The notes under the pieces: model-generated
The model's input: only the letters and a program-made list of their open reading frames with translations
What the model was told of the DNA's origin: nothing
Databases searched by the model: none
Program-made: the position numbers and the translations under genes
Shown here: one piece after another, positions 23,427-34,899 of the stretch
How the letters are laid out: each line of letters opens with the position of its first letter
How positions within the stretch are numbered: position 1 is the first letter of the stretch
NCBI GenBank assembly: GCA_965645245.1
Contig: OZ287068.1
Coordinates: 3,534,001-3,598,000, forward strand
Reading direction: 5' to 3'
Source: Massalongia carnosa
Taxonomy: Eukaryota
Length of the DNA stretch: 64,000 nucleotides

Positions 23427-25743
23427 CCCGCCGCTGCCTTCACCACCTCTTCCGTAATCATCACATCTGCCCCGCGCTGCTCAAGCAAGAGCGTCATCAC
23501 CTTTTTCCCTCCGAATCCCGCCGCTGCCGTCACCACCTCTTCTGATATTATCGTAAGCTTATTTTTCAGCAAGATCGAAACTACATCACAACTACCATAT
23601 TTAACAGCAATTTCCAAAGGTGTCCGACCCTGAGTGTTCACTATGTTGTCTCCGAAATTTGCCCAGATTCTTGCAATTTCCTGCAAATCAAAACAGGAGG
23701 CAACAAAGAGAGCTCTGCCCTCTTTAGCGCTAGTGTCTTCCAATTTATCCCTTAGTTCCGATTCAATCGAGTAATCTTCAAGCCGTTCCTTAATCAGGCT
23801 AGCCCATACATCAGCAGCGGATCCTGAGTCCGATTCGTTGGAGAGAAAATGACAAAGGAGGTCGTTAAGCACATCGGCAGTCCTTATTTTAGCTGTTAGC
23901 TGACAATGCGGAGCCCAGTAGACAGTCGAGTAGTGTCTAAGGTCATGTGAAAGAGTTGAGTTTAATGAATCTTGTTCGTATTTAGAAAGAAGTCTTTTTG
24001 TTGTTGGGTTGTCGGCAGCACTTAGTACATCTAAGAGACAAGTCTCAGCAGCCAGGGCGTTTGTCGCTTCTTTAGTATATTCTGGCCGCTTCTCCAAAAA
24101 TTCTCTCACCGACAGATGGGCAAATCGAAACATCGAGCGTTGAATCGAAAACAACCATGTTAGAGCACATCTCCAAAATATGCTCTTTCGTCAGCTGGCT
24201 GAACTGTCGCCGTGGAGTCGTTGATATTGCCGCGAGAAATTCTCTAGATGTCGGCTTTCTCTGGGCGCAGAGGAGCCAGCTGAAAGCGTTGATAGTCACT
24301 TCGCGATCGGCGTTTGCTGAGGTTTTGGTCAACTTCTCGTATAGATCAAGATAAAGGTCTTCCAGCTTTGGTGGCAGTTGCCCGAGCCTTTCCCGAATAG
24401 CTTCCTCAGTCCGAGCGCTGCATAAGCTTTGCAGTTGGAGGCTAGCCCACAGGAACCTGGTGATCACATTAGTGGGGCATAAACATTGCTCGCATTGCTG
24501 GACAGTACTGACATCCCATCAGCGTTTTTTGTGACCTGTTCAATAATCTCGATCTTCAACTTCTCCTTGTTGGTGCTTAAAGCTAGTAGCCTCTTCCTCT
24601 TGATAAGGTTGTCGGTCTCAGCGGTAATAAATGACGAGATATCATCCTTGTTCATTCCAGATGAGAGCTCAAGATTAGGATAGTCTCGTAAAGACAAAAC
24701 AATATCTTGATCATCTCGACTCGAAACAAAGATCTTCACCAAGCTTGAGGACTCTTGAAGAATTGATTGTAAGGTTTCCAAAAGAACTGTCCGTTTCTCT
24801 GGGTCGCACTCGTCAAGCGCATCGATCACAATGGTTGTTAATTGATAAGACTTGGTAAGCTGGAGGATTAGTAGACGACTCTCATTTATACCTAATGATT
24901 CCGAGGCGGATCCCTCTATATCTCGTTTCTTGTAAGCTGCCACCGTTGGAGGGAGTAGAGGGTGTCCCGGTTGAGGACTAGACAATTGCCGTGCGATAGT
25001 CGCTACGATTGCATCAGGGTTTGAACGCGCAGGTTCAGCGGTGTTTCGTGAACAGTAGGAAAAGACTGGAGCTGGGCTTTGGCCATTATCGAAGGCTTTT
25101 TTGGCATCTTCAATCACAATAGATCTATGTTAACCGTAAGCATTTATCTTTCCGAGATAGCTGTACAGTACTCACACCAGCTTGCTCTTCCCAGAACCTG
25201 GAATCCCATGAAGCCACAAGATAGAAGATACACTTTCTTTCTTCCACGTTTTGAAAACTGGATTCGAAAGCAGCCATTGTCTAGTACCCTGTAACACTTC
25301 TTCATTGATTTGCTTATGATGTTGTCTATATGGTACCGGGGACATCCAGTCTAGAATCTTATTTCTATTTGATGCTAAGGCTCATGAGTTGAGGCTCTGA
25401 TGTTGATTTTAACAACTTACACTCAATACGCTTGAGACGTCTTTTCAAGTCCTTGCGTTGATTTATTTGTTCTAGGTTCATTAGTAAGAATTCAGAAAAT
25501 AGAAGTCCTATCGAGTCACAGGACGCTATATCATTGCGAATGGCGACTTGCCTGGATATTGAACAATATTGTTTGTCTGAGAGCCTAATCAGGATTTAGC
25601 ATAAGCTCAATATCGATGTGAACAGGACGCAAACCAATCACTTTCGCATAGCCTGAGACGTCACCGATCACAACGCCTTGGTTGCCAGAAATCGTGCCAA
25701 AATCCTTCGTGCCTGTAGAGACTACTGGCGTGTTACCGGCCAT
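22793..25743 (-). CDS. Fungal NLR: short N-terminal putative amyloid motif - NACHT - 32-aa repeats - ankyrin repeats; multi-exon, one frameshift at ~24130
   Basis: ATG 25743 MAGNTPVVSTGTKDFGTISGNQGVVIGDVSG; ILDWMSPVPY; Walker A WLHGIPGSGKSKL (~25155-25200); Walker B IVIDALDEC; KIFVSSR; ADGM/FLWASLQ split by an intron; FRFAHLSVREFL; C-terminal repeats. Confidence 0.88.
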
Positions 25744-26083
25744 TGCTGCGTCGGAAGATTGTAGACATTAGAGCTCGGAGCTATATTGAATAAGACTTGA
25801 AAACCATTACCTTTACCGTGCTCAGGACCGCACCTACTCTAGGCTCGGCCGGAAACTCGACGCCCAAGACTTTCTAAAAGCACTGTTCATCTCTAAGTAT
25901 AAATATATGCACGGACTCACCGATGGAGGCCCCCCCGCCATCATGCGGGATAGATGGCTGATAGAGCCAAGGCTATGCACGTGCTGAAGCGCCTGGTCTC
26001 TCCATGCAGGCGGTATCACAATTATCTCGCATAAGTTATAGTGCTAAATTTGAAGCACGACCCCTCTGTAGTATTGCGCCAGC

Positions 26084-27634
26084 ATGGCCGAACCGTACGG
26101 ATTAGGCGACCCCCTCTTTGATTCTCCAGACGCGAATATAGAGTACGCACCAGATGTCATTTCTCGTCCGGGTTGCTTTGTATTGACCAAACAGTATTGT
26201 CTTCGTCCACGGGCTCGGCGGCGACATTGTGAAAACTTGGACATGGGAGGGTCGAGATAGATCGCTGTTGTGGCCGCAAGATCTCTTACCTAAAGCCTGC
26301 CCAACAGCTCGCATCCTTTCTTTTGGGTAAAATGCGGACTTTGCTCACTTCTATCCGTTTGTTGCACCGAAATTCATCCCGGAACATTTGACTATTGATG
26401 ATCACGCGACTGCAATGTTCCAGAGCCTAATCGGTCTCCGCGAGAAACCAAAACTGTAGGAATCGGCGCACCCCTACCCTTTCCACTAGAAATATGCTAA
26501 TAGGATGTCTATGTCTAGGCTGAACGGCCGATTATTTTCGTCTCGCACAGCCTAGGGGGTCTCGTGTGCGCCAATGCGTTGTCAAGGCACAATGGTACCG
26601 ACATTGCTAGCACTACCCTCGTAGAGAGAACGATTGGAGTCGTCTTCCTTGGTGTTATGATCTACCTAGAGACAAGTCATAGGGACACTAGAAACGAATA
26701 CAATCAAGATGAAGAAGAAAAGATCAATTGAAAGACAAATCTCGCTCCTATATAGTCCAGCGGCCCCTAGCCCTCGACCGACTCGTGGAAGGATCTAGAA
26801 GGTTCGAGCATTGACCAGCTATGGAAACCGTGAATGCCGCGATGAGTCCAGCGCGCACACGCGATCCCGTGACTTCGGCTTGTGGCTTGTTCCGCTCCAG
26901 TCTACCGAAGTAGTGCCGAGTAGAACCGTGACACTTGGAACGCCCTTTGAGGGATCGTCAAAAGCGAAATGGGGAAGCAGGGCTCTACAGATACTGGGCT
27001 GGATAAGCACCACGCATAAGCAGGATATAAAGGATCTTGAAGAGCGTTCGGCAAAGCTCATCAGCGTTAACGAGGCCTTTCAGAAATTCCTGAAAGCACG
27101 GGATCGTTCAGAATCAAGAGAATTTGTGGAAGTAGCTTGCTTCTTTGAACAGTCTGCTATGTACAAGTGAGGGACGAAGATGGGGTTTATCGTGCCCAAG
27201 GAATCGGCTTGCCTGCCTGGTATCGATCCACAGTCGATCCAGGCGAATCATGTTGATATGTGCAAGTTTGAGGATGAAGACCGAGAGGGATACAAGAGAA
27301 TTTCACAAAAGTTGGTTCAATGGATATCGGATCTTGATAGTCGATCCAAGGGGTCTGGAGAGGATCGCCAGGTCTGACATCTCTTTCGCTCGCTTGAAGT
27401 TAGCTGAAAATCAACAGAAACATTCGGTTCGTATGGGCGATGTTAACTTTAGGGACAAAATCGATAACAATCGAGGTGTGATTATGGGTCATGCAAACAG
27501 TACGGCCACAGACGGGGTTAGGATAACTGGAAGTGATATCACTGTAATGATCACCTATCCTTCGATAGCGATGTAAAAGCTGATAGAACATGAAGAATAC
27601 TTATCATGGCATTAACCCAAAAGGCTCTGTGTAG
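26084..27634 (+). pseudogene. SesB-like (PGAP1/SERAC1-type) alpha/beta hydrolase with C-terminal putative amyloid motif; disrupted
   Basis: DIVFVHGLGG, WPQDLLP..ARILSFG*NAD, RPIIFVSHSLGGLV (nucleophile elbow), GVVFLG|TPFEGS, IVPKESA, ANHVDMCKF. Lesions: 1-nt deletion ~26110, TAA ~26328, solo LTR, TGA 27168. Tail VNFRDKIDNNRGVIMGHANS. Confidence 0.88.
26653..26933. mobile_element. Solo LTR (281 bp) inside the hydrolase gene
   Basis: TGTTA...TGACA, TSD cttgg; removal restores FLGTPF. Confidence 0.92.
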
Positions 27635-28123
27635 ACCGAGGGATAGGCAATGGCGGAACTACTAGTCAACATTGCGGAGTCATTCTAGGAAAATATTCAG
27701 GAACATGAAATAATCAATTGACTTTTTGACGTCTTTCAAAACAATGTTTTTTTGCGCAGTCATCAGCTTCGGGTGAAAGTTGACTCCTTGTGAGACGTGA
27801 AGAGCTCGCATGACAAGAGTTTCAAGCTTCAAATATGCCGCAGCTAGAAGGGGCCTCTTAGCAGAGAATGCTTATCCAACTTATGTCCGGTCTCTGAATC
27901 CTGCCCTTGCTTCCGTAAGCACTTCAGAACAAAAGTCTGACAAGATCTTAAATCATTATTGAATGAATAAGCATCTTACTTCATTGAGCTACGTAGATGC
28001 AATGATGGAGATTTTCAAAGACGTACAATCAGGGCTTACGCCTGTCGAGCCTTTGATAAAGTACGCTAAAATTGTAAAGCGATTGAGCATCACAATCGAC
28101 GACATAGCTGAAGATGAGACGAG

Positions 28124-28452
28124 TGTTAAATGGTGAGGCTACCATCGGTTAGATGGTTAGGCTACCATCAATATAGGCATCCATCGTGAGTCTCACGGGT
28201 GCCTGCCAGGCATCTATAAGAGGTGCCTAATAGGCAGTTATGAGGTGCCTAACAGGCAGCTATGGAGGTGCCTAACAGGCAGCTATGGAGGTGCCTAACA
28301 GGCAGCTATGGAGGTGCCTAACAGCAGCTATGGGAGGCCTACAGCATTACTGTTATATGACTGCTATAAAAGCAGATAGATAGCCCACATAGATAATTAC
28401 CTTCAATGACAATCATGCTATTATACCTACACGTGAATTTTACTATTCATCA
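28124..28452 (+). mobile_element. Solo LTR of the Copia 1 family (329 bp) with extra ~23-bp tandem units
   Basis: Matches 8722-9005; TSD acgag; more ggaggtgcctaacaggcagctat units than the 8722 copy. Confidence 0.92.
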
Positions 28453-28619
28453 ACGAGCAATTACAATACATCAAGTCCTGATATTTATTCCTATCATTTT
28501 CATTATGTCAGGTCAGTACGTTGACATTATTGAGATTTTGTTTCGACATTTCAAAGCCTTTAAGCGAGGACTGAGGTTGACAGAAAAACCTTCACTGATC
28601 TAAGTGATAATTGACTTGC

Positions 28620-28902
28620 GATTCACGGAGATGAAGTGCAAGCGACATCAAAAGAAGATCATGATCAAGCATTGCAGCTGCTGCTGAAGAAAAGAGCCGA
28701 TGAGAACGCTCGAGGTGGAGCCATTGACGATGCAACTGCAAACGGCGTCATTTAATGATCATGATCGAGTGATGCAGATACCGCTCGACAAAGAGGCTAA
28801 TCTCAACGCACAAAGTGAAGGCTGTGACTATACATTGTAGACGGCATCACCGAAAGGTCATGATAAAGAGAATGCAAATGTTACTTGCCGCTGGTGCAAT
28901 AG
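28620..28902 (+). pseudogene. Degenerate ankyrin-repeat gene end (NLR-like)
   Basis: Broken frames give LLLKKRADENARGG, LDKEANLNAQSEG..TL*TAS..GHDK, MQMLLAAGA. Confidence 0.5.
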
Positions 28903-29299
28903 GGTAGAAACATAGCACCGATGTGACGAGCTAACTACTGATCTAGTGATATAGTGACACGCGGTGAACAAAAAATCCACATACCCGCTGATAAGCAAAA
29001 TATTCATATTTGATAATTATCGTCTAACCCGTTAAAACCCTCGCATTCTTGTCTATCTAGAGTTTGGCTGCTCCCTCCTATTCGCACCACGCTGGCGCCC
29101 TAGGGGATCAGGAACGCTCGGCTCAGAGGGCCCAGCTTGCTCCCTGAAATGCTGGCCCCTGGTGCGAGTGACAGAGAAACTCCCAAATCCCAAAACTGAA
29201 TGGCCTGCTAGCAGTGCCGTTCCGACCGATGCTAGTCTGACTGATGCTGCTTCGACTAAGGCTCAACCGGGCGAGGATAAAGGGCGCTGAAAACGAATA

Positions 29300-30432
29300 G
29301 ATGTATTGAGAACTTAATCTAAACTAGACTGAATGTAAAGCTGGTATGCATTCGATTTCTATCGTCCAAGTTGCTATATTTCTTCTTTAGAAAGTGCGTT
29401 TATTCAGCTGTGGTTGTTGCTGCTCTTCTTCTGAATTTCTGGAAATTTTTCATTTTATGCCTAGCTAATTAATATCCGATTGGAGCCGGATGATGAGATA
29501 CTCTTTTATAAGAGAGCCGCCTTTTGAATAAAATAAGAGGCCAGAAGAAGGTCGTGGAAATTGGATGAACAATTTTCGGAGAGAGGAAATTGCGCAAGTT
29601 CCACCGTAAGCATTACGCCTTTCTTGACTCGATCATTTTCGAAGCAAGAGCTTATTAAACTAAACTCCTGCTGATTGTCTTATTAATTGTCATGACGCAA
29701 ATTCAGGATTCTGAAAATCTTTATTTAAGCTGGTGAACTTTCCTGCTCGGAGAAAAGTTGCAAAAGTTAAACAGTAAGCGGCGCGTATCACTGCTTGTGA
29801 TTCGACTGTTAAATCAAGCTGTGACACTAGTTGTAAAAGAAAATGCTTTGTGATAGGAAGACGCTCGCGATTGTCTTCTTCCCCTCGTCTTCTTCTGATG
29901 CCCGTGATCAGTCTCTGAAGTGAAGAATGATAAAAGATTGCCAGATCTTCCACACCAAAATCAATTAACATAGATCTAAGCTAGGCAAGGTAAGTTAACC
30001 CTTGAGGGTTTTAAAGGTAATTTTCCGTTTGACTAGCTCGGTAATTTATGAAGCTATTCTTTGCAAGATAACAGGAAAATAGGAAAAGATCTTGTTGACT
30101 TGACAATGAATCTCGAAGCTTCTTCTAGCTGAGGAATTCAAATCTCAAGTCTTAGTTGCTAAATCCAATCATATCAGATTGATTGACTCTTTGTCAAAAG
30201 AAGTTCGAGTACAAAAGCTTGGAGGAGGATCATGAACAAAGGTGTTGCTAATGTCTGGAAATTAGAATACCTGTCAGCGATCTTTGGTATTTTTCCTCGA
30301 GACAACATGTCAATAGCAGCATTGTCTCTGGTGCTGATTCATCAAGGTTTAATCTTAATGTCATTCAAAGCGGCCAACATGGCAATTGCCCAAAGGGTAT
30401 GTATAGCACTACCTCGAATAGATGAGATGGTT
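29300..30432 (-). mobile_element. Degenerate Ngaro-type element remnant (RNase H end + tyrosine recombinase)
   Basis: SSIRGSAIHTLWAIAMLAALNDI..DMLSRG (30260-30430); RERLPITK, AAYCLTFATFLRAGKF, GR*KSNAYQLYI. Confidence 0.8.
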
Positions 30433-30629
30433 CTATGTCACGTGAGGCCCCTGAGTCAAAGTAAATTAAGAATCACCCTCTGAAAATTCTTTCCTCATCC
30501 ACTTCTTCTCACTCGGCCTCATCCATCTCACTGACTCGTCGTCGACCCCACGTTGTCTCGGTGCCCCTACCTCGCTGTCAGTGCTTGCTGCTTTTCCCAT
30601 CTCACTGACTCGTCGTCGACCTCGTTGTC

Positions 30630-30811
30630 CTCGGTGCCCCTACCTCGCTGTCGGTGCTTTTTCCCAATGACGAACACCCGTTCCCAAAGCACCCCGATGG
30701 ACGACATAGTCCCCGACTCCCTCGGTGCCCCTACCTCGCTGTCGGTGCTTTTTCCCAATGACGAACACCCGTTCCCAAAGCACCCCGATGGACGACATAG
30801 TCCCCGACTCC
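30630..30811 (+). repeat. 91-bp tandem duplication covering the gag start codon
   Basis: 30630-30720 repeated at 30721-30811. Confidence 0.9.
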
Positions 30812-31771
30812 CAGGAGATTGTCGGATTGACGCAGGCCCAGTCCAATCAAATCTTCGCCCTACAAAAGAAGAAAGCCGAGGCAGAAGCGAAGGCGGCCGA
30901 GGCTGAGGCCAGAATTGCCGAGTCCAAGGCATTGGTCGCCGAGAAGGAGGTGGAAAAAATGCAGCTAGAAATCGACTGCATGCGCCGAGAATCTGACGCC
31001 CGAATAGCGGCCGTCATTCCTGCTGGCAAGCCGAGTCGTGTCGTCGGCGATGACGACGAGGACCTAGGTGAGATCCCTCTCGAAGTAAGAAGTATAGCAC
31101 CCCGTTTCGCGGGCCTACCACAGGACGAGATCATCAAGATCTTTTCAAATAAATTCAAAGCCATCAACCTCTCCCGCCTCCGACACATGCACGGCATGCA
31201 ATACGAGTCCTACAAGGATCAGGACCGCATCGGCATCGAAGACGGCGCCTTGAGGTTGAGAAAGGCATCCGGGACCTACAAAGATTTCGGAAAGACAGTT
31301 CATGACGTCTGGACCGAGAGCTTCATCAACTACACCTCGATCATGGTCAGTCTTTTCGGGAAATCGAGTCAACAGCTTCACGCCACCATGTCGGCATTCC
31401 ACGGAAAAATCCTCACGCTGGCCAAGGTGTACGAGTGGCAGGAAGCAGTCCTCCCCCTCGCCATCGAAACCCACACTCACATCATCGCGTCTCAGCCATC
31501 CGACGCATCCCAATGGAAAATGCCCGACGAATTCCAAGCTCGATTCTGCACCCCCCTCACAGTCCTACGCCGTCGCCGCTCACGATCCCCGCCGTCCCGG
31601 CGACCGACCCCGAGAGGAGACAGGGCCGATAGGGCCGAGAAGGCAGCGGGGGAAATCTGCGACAAGTACAACAGCGGCACCTGCACCTGGCCGTCGTGCT
31701 ACCGACAGCACAAATGTAAATCGTGCGGCGCGGCTGGGCATGGCCAGAAGACATGCCCAACGAAGAAATAG
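30758..31771 (+). CDS. gag: Ngaro 2 Gag-like protein
   Basis: MTNTRSQ start; coiled-coil-like segment; CDKYNSGTCTWPSCYRQHKCKSCGAAGHGQKTC. Confidence 0.85.
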   Translation: MTNTRSQSTPMDDIVPDSQEIVGLTQAQSNQIFALQKKKAEAEAKAAEAEARIAESKALVAEKEVEKMQLEIDCMRRESDARIAAVIPAGKPSRVVGDDDEDLGEIPLEVRSIAPRFAGLPQDEIIKIFSNKFKAINLSRLRHMHGMQYESYKDQDRIGIEDGALRLRKASGTYKDFGKTVHDVWTESFINYTSIMVSLFGKSSQQLHATMSAFHGKILTLAKVYEWQEAVLPLAIETHTHIIASQPSDASQWKMPDEFQARFCTPLTVLRRRRSRSPPSRRPTPRGDRADRAEKAAGEICDKYNSGTCTWPSCYRQHKCKSCGAAGHGQKTCPTKK

Positions 31772-31816
31772 GGGGTTGGTGCAGGAGGCAGTAGAATAGC
31801 TTCAATAGCTGAATTC

Positions 31817-33520
31817 ATGACGTCCCATCCCTGCTTACCTGCACCAATCAGACCAAATACAATCCCTTCGTTTCAACTCGTAGACGCATCTCGTCAGCGT
31901 TTGAAAGACAGCCCATCTCCCCTCGTACCGTCCGCATGGGCAACTCTACTTCAAGAGTATCCGGGCCCCCTCCGAGTCCATCTGCCCATGATCCTTCGTT
32001 TCGGAGTACAAATCGGATACGAAGGCCCCACAGACATCCTTCGGATCGAAAAAAATCTGACATCAGCGAATGAGGACCCGGAAACGATCGAGAATAAGCT
32101 CCAAGAGGACCTCAGGAAGGGCCGAGTCAGACGAATAGCCGCCCCGAGTCAGCCATTTGTGGCCTCCCCCCTCGGCTTGGTCCCGAAACATGACGGAGGA
32201 TGGCGACGCATTCATCATCTGTCTCATCCCAATCAAACATCAGTCAACGACAACATTCCAGAAGAGGCATCCAAATTACAATACGCCAGACTCGACGACA
32301 TTATTCAATTGATTCTGTCAGCGGGCAAAGGTGCTGTCATAGTGAAAAGAGACGTCAAAGACGCCTTTCGAAACGTTCCCGTCGCACCTCATCATCAATG
32401 GCTTCTGGGTTTCGGATGGAATGACGAATTCTACACCGAGACATGCCTTTCGTTCGGACTGTCGACGGCCCCGTTCATCTTCAATCTTTTTGCGGAAGGC
32501 TTTCATTGGATTTTGGTATCCTTTCTACAATGGAGATTACATCACTATCTAGACGACTTCGTTGCAATTTTCCCATCCGAGACATCGTCAGAACGATTGC
32601 ACCAAGAAACAAAAGCCTACAACATTCTCACCGACATTCTTGGCATCCCGAGAAACGACTCAAAAGACGCCGAGGGAACGACAGCGACAGTCTTCGGACT
32701 CGAGGTCGACACCATCAACAGTCTTATTCGTCTGCCAGCGGACAAGCTGGAAAAAGCGAGAATCATCACTACAAAGGCACTAAACGAGACGACAATCAGC
32801 CTCGGCGACATGCAGTCAATAGCGGGCTTCCTAAGCTTCTGCGCACAGGCAGTCAAATTGGGCCGAGTCTTCTTACGATTATTCTGGAATTTTATAGCCT
32901 CATTTCCCTCGGGCAGTCATCGTCGGGTCAAAAGAAGAATTCCCACATGGGTCAGACAGGATCTCATCTGGTGGAACAAACTTCTAGTGGACTTCAACGG
33001 TATTGTCTTCTTCGAGACGTCAACACGAGACACGATCAAGGTGCATACGGATGCATGCCTCACGGGTCTCGGAGGCTATTTTCAACAAGACAACGAGCTC
33101 GTGAATCAAAAAAACGCATGTAGGGCCCGAGTCCTAGTCCTCAATCAGGAAGGATCACCGTGCATAAACGTCCGAGAAGTCGAAGCTATCCTTCTAATCC
33201 TTCAGAAATGGGCGCCGACATGGCGACATCGACAGATCCTTGTCTTTACCGACAGCAACACAGCATACACAGGATTCACGAATCTAACCCTCAAGGGACC
33301 GGCCAACGCGCCTCTACGAGAAATACTGTCCATAGCTGCAAAGTGGGACATCGTACTACGTTGTCAATGGATCAGTGGCACTTCCAATGGACTAGCAGAT
33401 GCCCTGTCACGTTTTGATGATGAAAGATTGGCTAACTTTTGCCCTCATTGGCAGAACCCATACAATTCGATGAACCTCCCTCCACCTACCTATCCTCCAC
33501 ACCAGGGTCAGCCCTGGTAA
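31817..33520 (+). CDS. pol: Ngaro 2 reverse transcriptase-RNase H
   Basis: WRRIHHLSHP, KRDVKDAFRNVP, YLDDF, HTDAC, FTDSN, NGLADALSR. Confidence 0.95.
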   Translation: MTSHPCLPAPIRPNTIPSFQLVDASRQRLKDSPSPLVPSAWATLLQEYPGPLRVHLPMILRFGVQIGYEGPTDILRIEKNLTSANEDPETIENKLQEDLRKGRVRRIAAPSQPFVASPLGLVPKHDGGWRRIHHLSHPNQTSVNDNIPEEASKLQYARLDDIIQLILSAGKGAVIVKRDVKDAFRNVPVAPHHQWLLGFGWNDEFYTETCLSFGLSTAPFIFNLFAEGFHWILVSFLQWRLHHYLDDFVAIFPSETSSERLHQETKAYNILTDILGIPRNDSKDAEGTTATVFGLEVDTINSLIRLPADKLEKARIITTKALNETTISLGDMQSIAGFLSFCAQAVKLGRVFLRLFWNFIASFPSGSHRRVKRRIPTWVRQDLIWWNKLLVDFNGIVFFETSTRDTIKVHTDACLTGLGGYFQQDNELVNQKNACRARVLVLNQEGSPCINVREVEAILLILQKWAPTWRHRQILVFTDSNTAYTGFTNLTLKGPANAPLREILSIAAKWDIVLRCQWISGTSNGLADALSRFDDERLANFCPHWQNPYNSMNLPPPTYPPHQGQPW

Positions 33521-34602
33521 AACGTCTCGTCTGGCACGGACACTCGGCGGACACGAGAAAAGGGTACGGGACGGCGATCGACTCATACGAGGCATTCTGC
33601 GCGACGACGGGACGCACGTCGTGGCCTGCAACAACCGAGTCCCTCGAGGAATGGCTAGCCGGTCGACTATACGGGGGCGGCACACCCAAGCAGGGAAAGA
33701 TAAAACCAGAGACGGCAGCGAGCTACCTTGCCGGCCTCAGATCATACCATGTAGACCGAGGATACGGCCTCACCCCATTCGAGGGGCCGAGACTTCAATT
33801 GATGCTGAAAGGGGGAAAAAGGATCTTTTCTCAGACAAAAAGAAGACGCCTACCCATTTCAAAAGAATTACTGACAAAAATCACCAGTATTCCCGCTCAT
33901 TCGGCCGAAGACCTCAACATCGACGCGACATTCAAAGTTGCATGGGCAGGGTTCCTCAGACTCGGGGAAATCACCTACACTGTCGCTGATCGTAAGAAGA
34001 CATCTTTTCAGAGATTGAAACCTACACGAGGTGACATCTCATTCGCCGAGAACGATCAATACGCGACATTACGTCTCAAAAGAAGCAAAACAGACACAAA
34101 TCACTCAGGAGTTCAGATAGTGCTGGCAGCGACCAATGAGAGCACTTGCCCCGTGACAGCACTACGGCGTCTTTTCAGAAATGATCCTCAGCCATCTACA
34201 TCCCCGCTTTTTCGTCTCGGCACCGCATTCACCAAAGCCTCCGTCATAGCATCCCTGAAAAAGAGACTGATAGCCGTCGGCATCAACGACTCGGCATACT
34301 CGGGACACAGCTTCAGAAAAGGAGCAGCACAACACGCCGCCGACCACGGGATGCTGGATGAGAGTATTCAGAGACTCGGAAGATGGTCATCAAACGCGTT
34401 TCAGCTATACTTTCAGACGTCCCAGGCCTCACTATTCAATTTGAACCTCAGTTTTCAAAAAGGCATCCCTCTAGCAGTCCCACGTGCTGTCGTCGCCGAG
34501 ACGAATCCTACAAACTCCTACCCCTACTCAATTGGGCATTCCATTGGGCGTACAGGTCAACCAGGGCATCGATCCGGAGCGCCGCCGGGCACCTCCATCT
34601 AG
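33439..34602 (+). CDS. Ngaro 2 tyrosine recombinase
   Basis: FLRLGEI, SKTD, HSFRKG, GRWSSNAFQLY. Confidence 0.93.
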   Translation: MPSLAEPIQFDEPPSTYLSSTPGSALVKRLVWHGHSADTRKGYGTAIDSYEAFCATTGRTSWPATTESLEEWLAGRLYGGGTPKQGKIKPETAASYLAGLRSYHVDRGYGLTPFEGPRLQLMLKGGKRIFSQTKRRRLPISKELLTKITSIPAHSAEDLNIDATFKVAWAGFLRLGEITYTVADRKKTSFQRLKPTRGDISFAENDQYATLRLKRSKTDTNHSGVQIVLAATNESTCPVTALRRLFRNDPQPSTSPLFRLGTAFTKASVIASLKKRLIAVGINDSAYSGHSFRKGAAQHAADHGMLDESIQRLGRWSSNAFQLYFQTSQASLFNLNLSFQKGIPLAVPRAVVAETNPTNSYPYSIGHSIGRTGQPGHRSGAPPGTSI

Positions 34603-34899
34603 ATCATCGCCGTCGGGCACTGCCGTCGGGCATCATCTATCGGATCGTTGAGCGTCAGCAGACGCCTCGGGCCTAGAAGATGAGGTTCTCACCTCAGCAC
34701 CGACCCCGAGTCACGTGCCTAGGCCTGCCCGGGCTGACCTGTGTCGTTCCCATGCCCAATCAAATTCAAGCATTCAAATCAATTCATCCAATTAAAAGCC
34801 CCCCAGCGCAAGCGAAGGTAACGGCACCGATAAGGGTCATAGATGTTGTTTTTACTCCTATTGCAACAGCAAAATAGTCACCTAGTGAAACGCAGCCAC

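Larger units (their letters stand above)
30436..34830 (+). mobile_element. Ngaro-type YR retrotransposon 2 (intact ORFs; ends approximate, no split repeats seen)
   Basis: gag, RT-RH and YR in the same order as 3000-7938. Confidence 0.85.
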
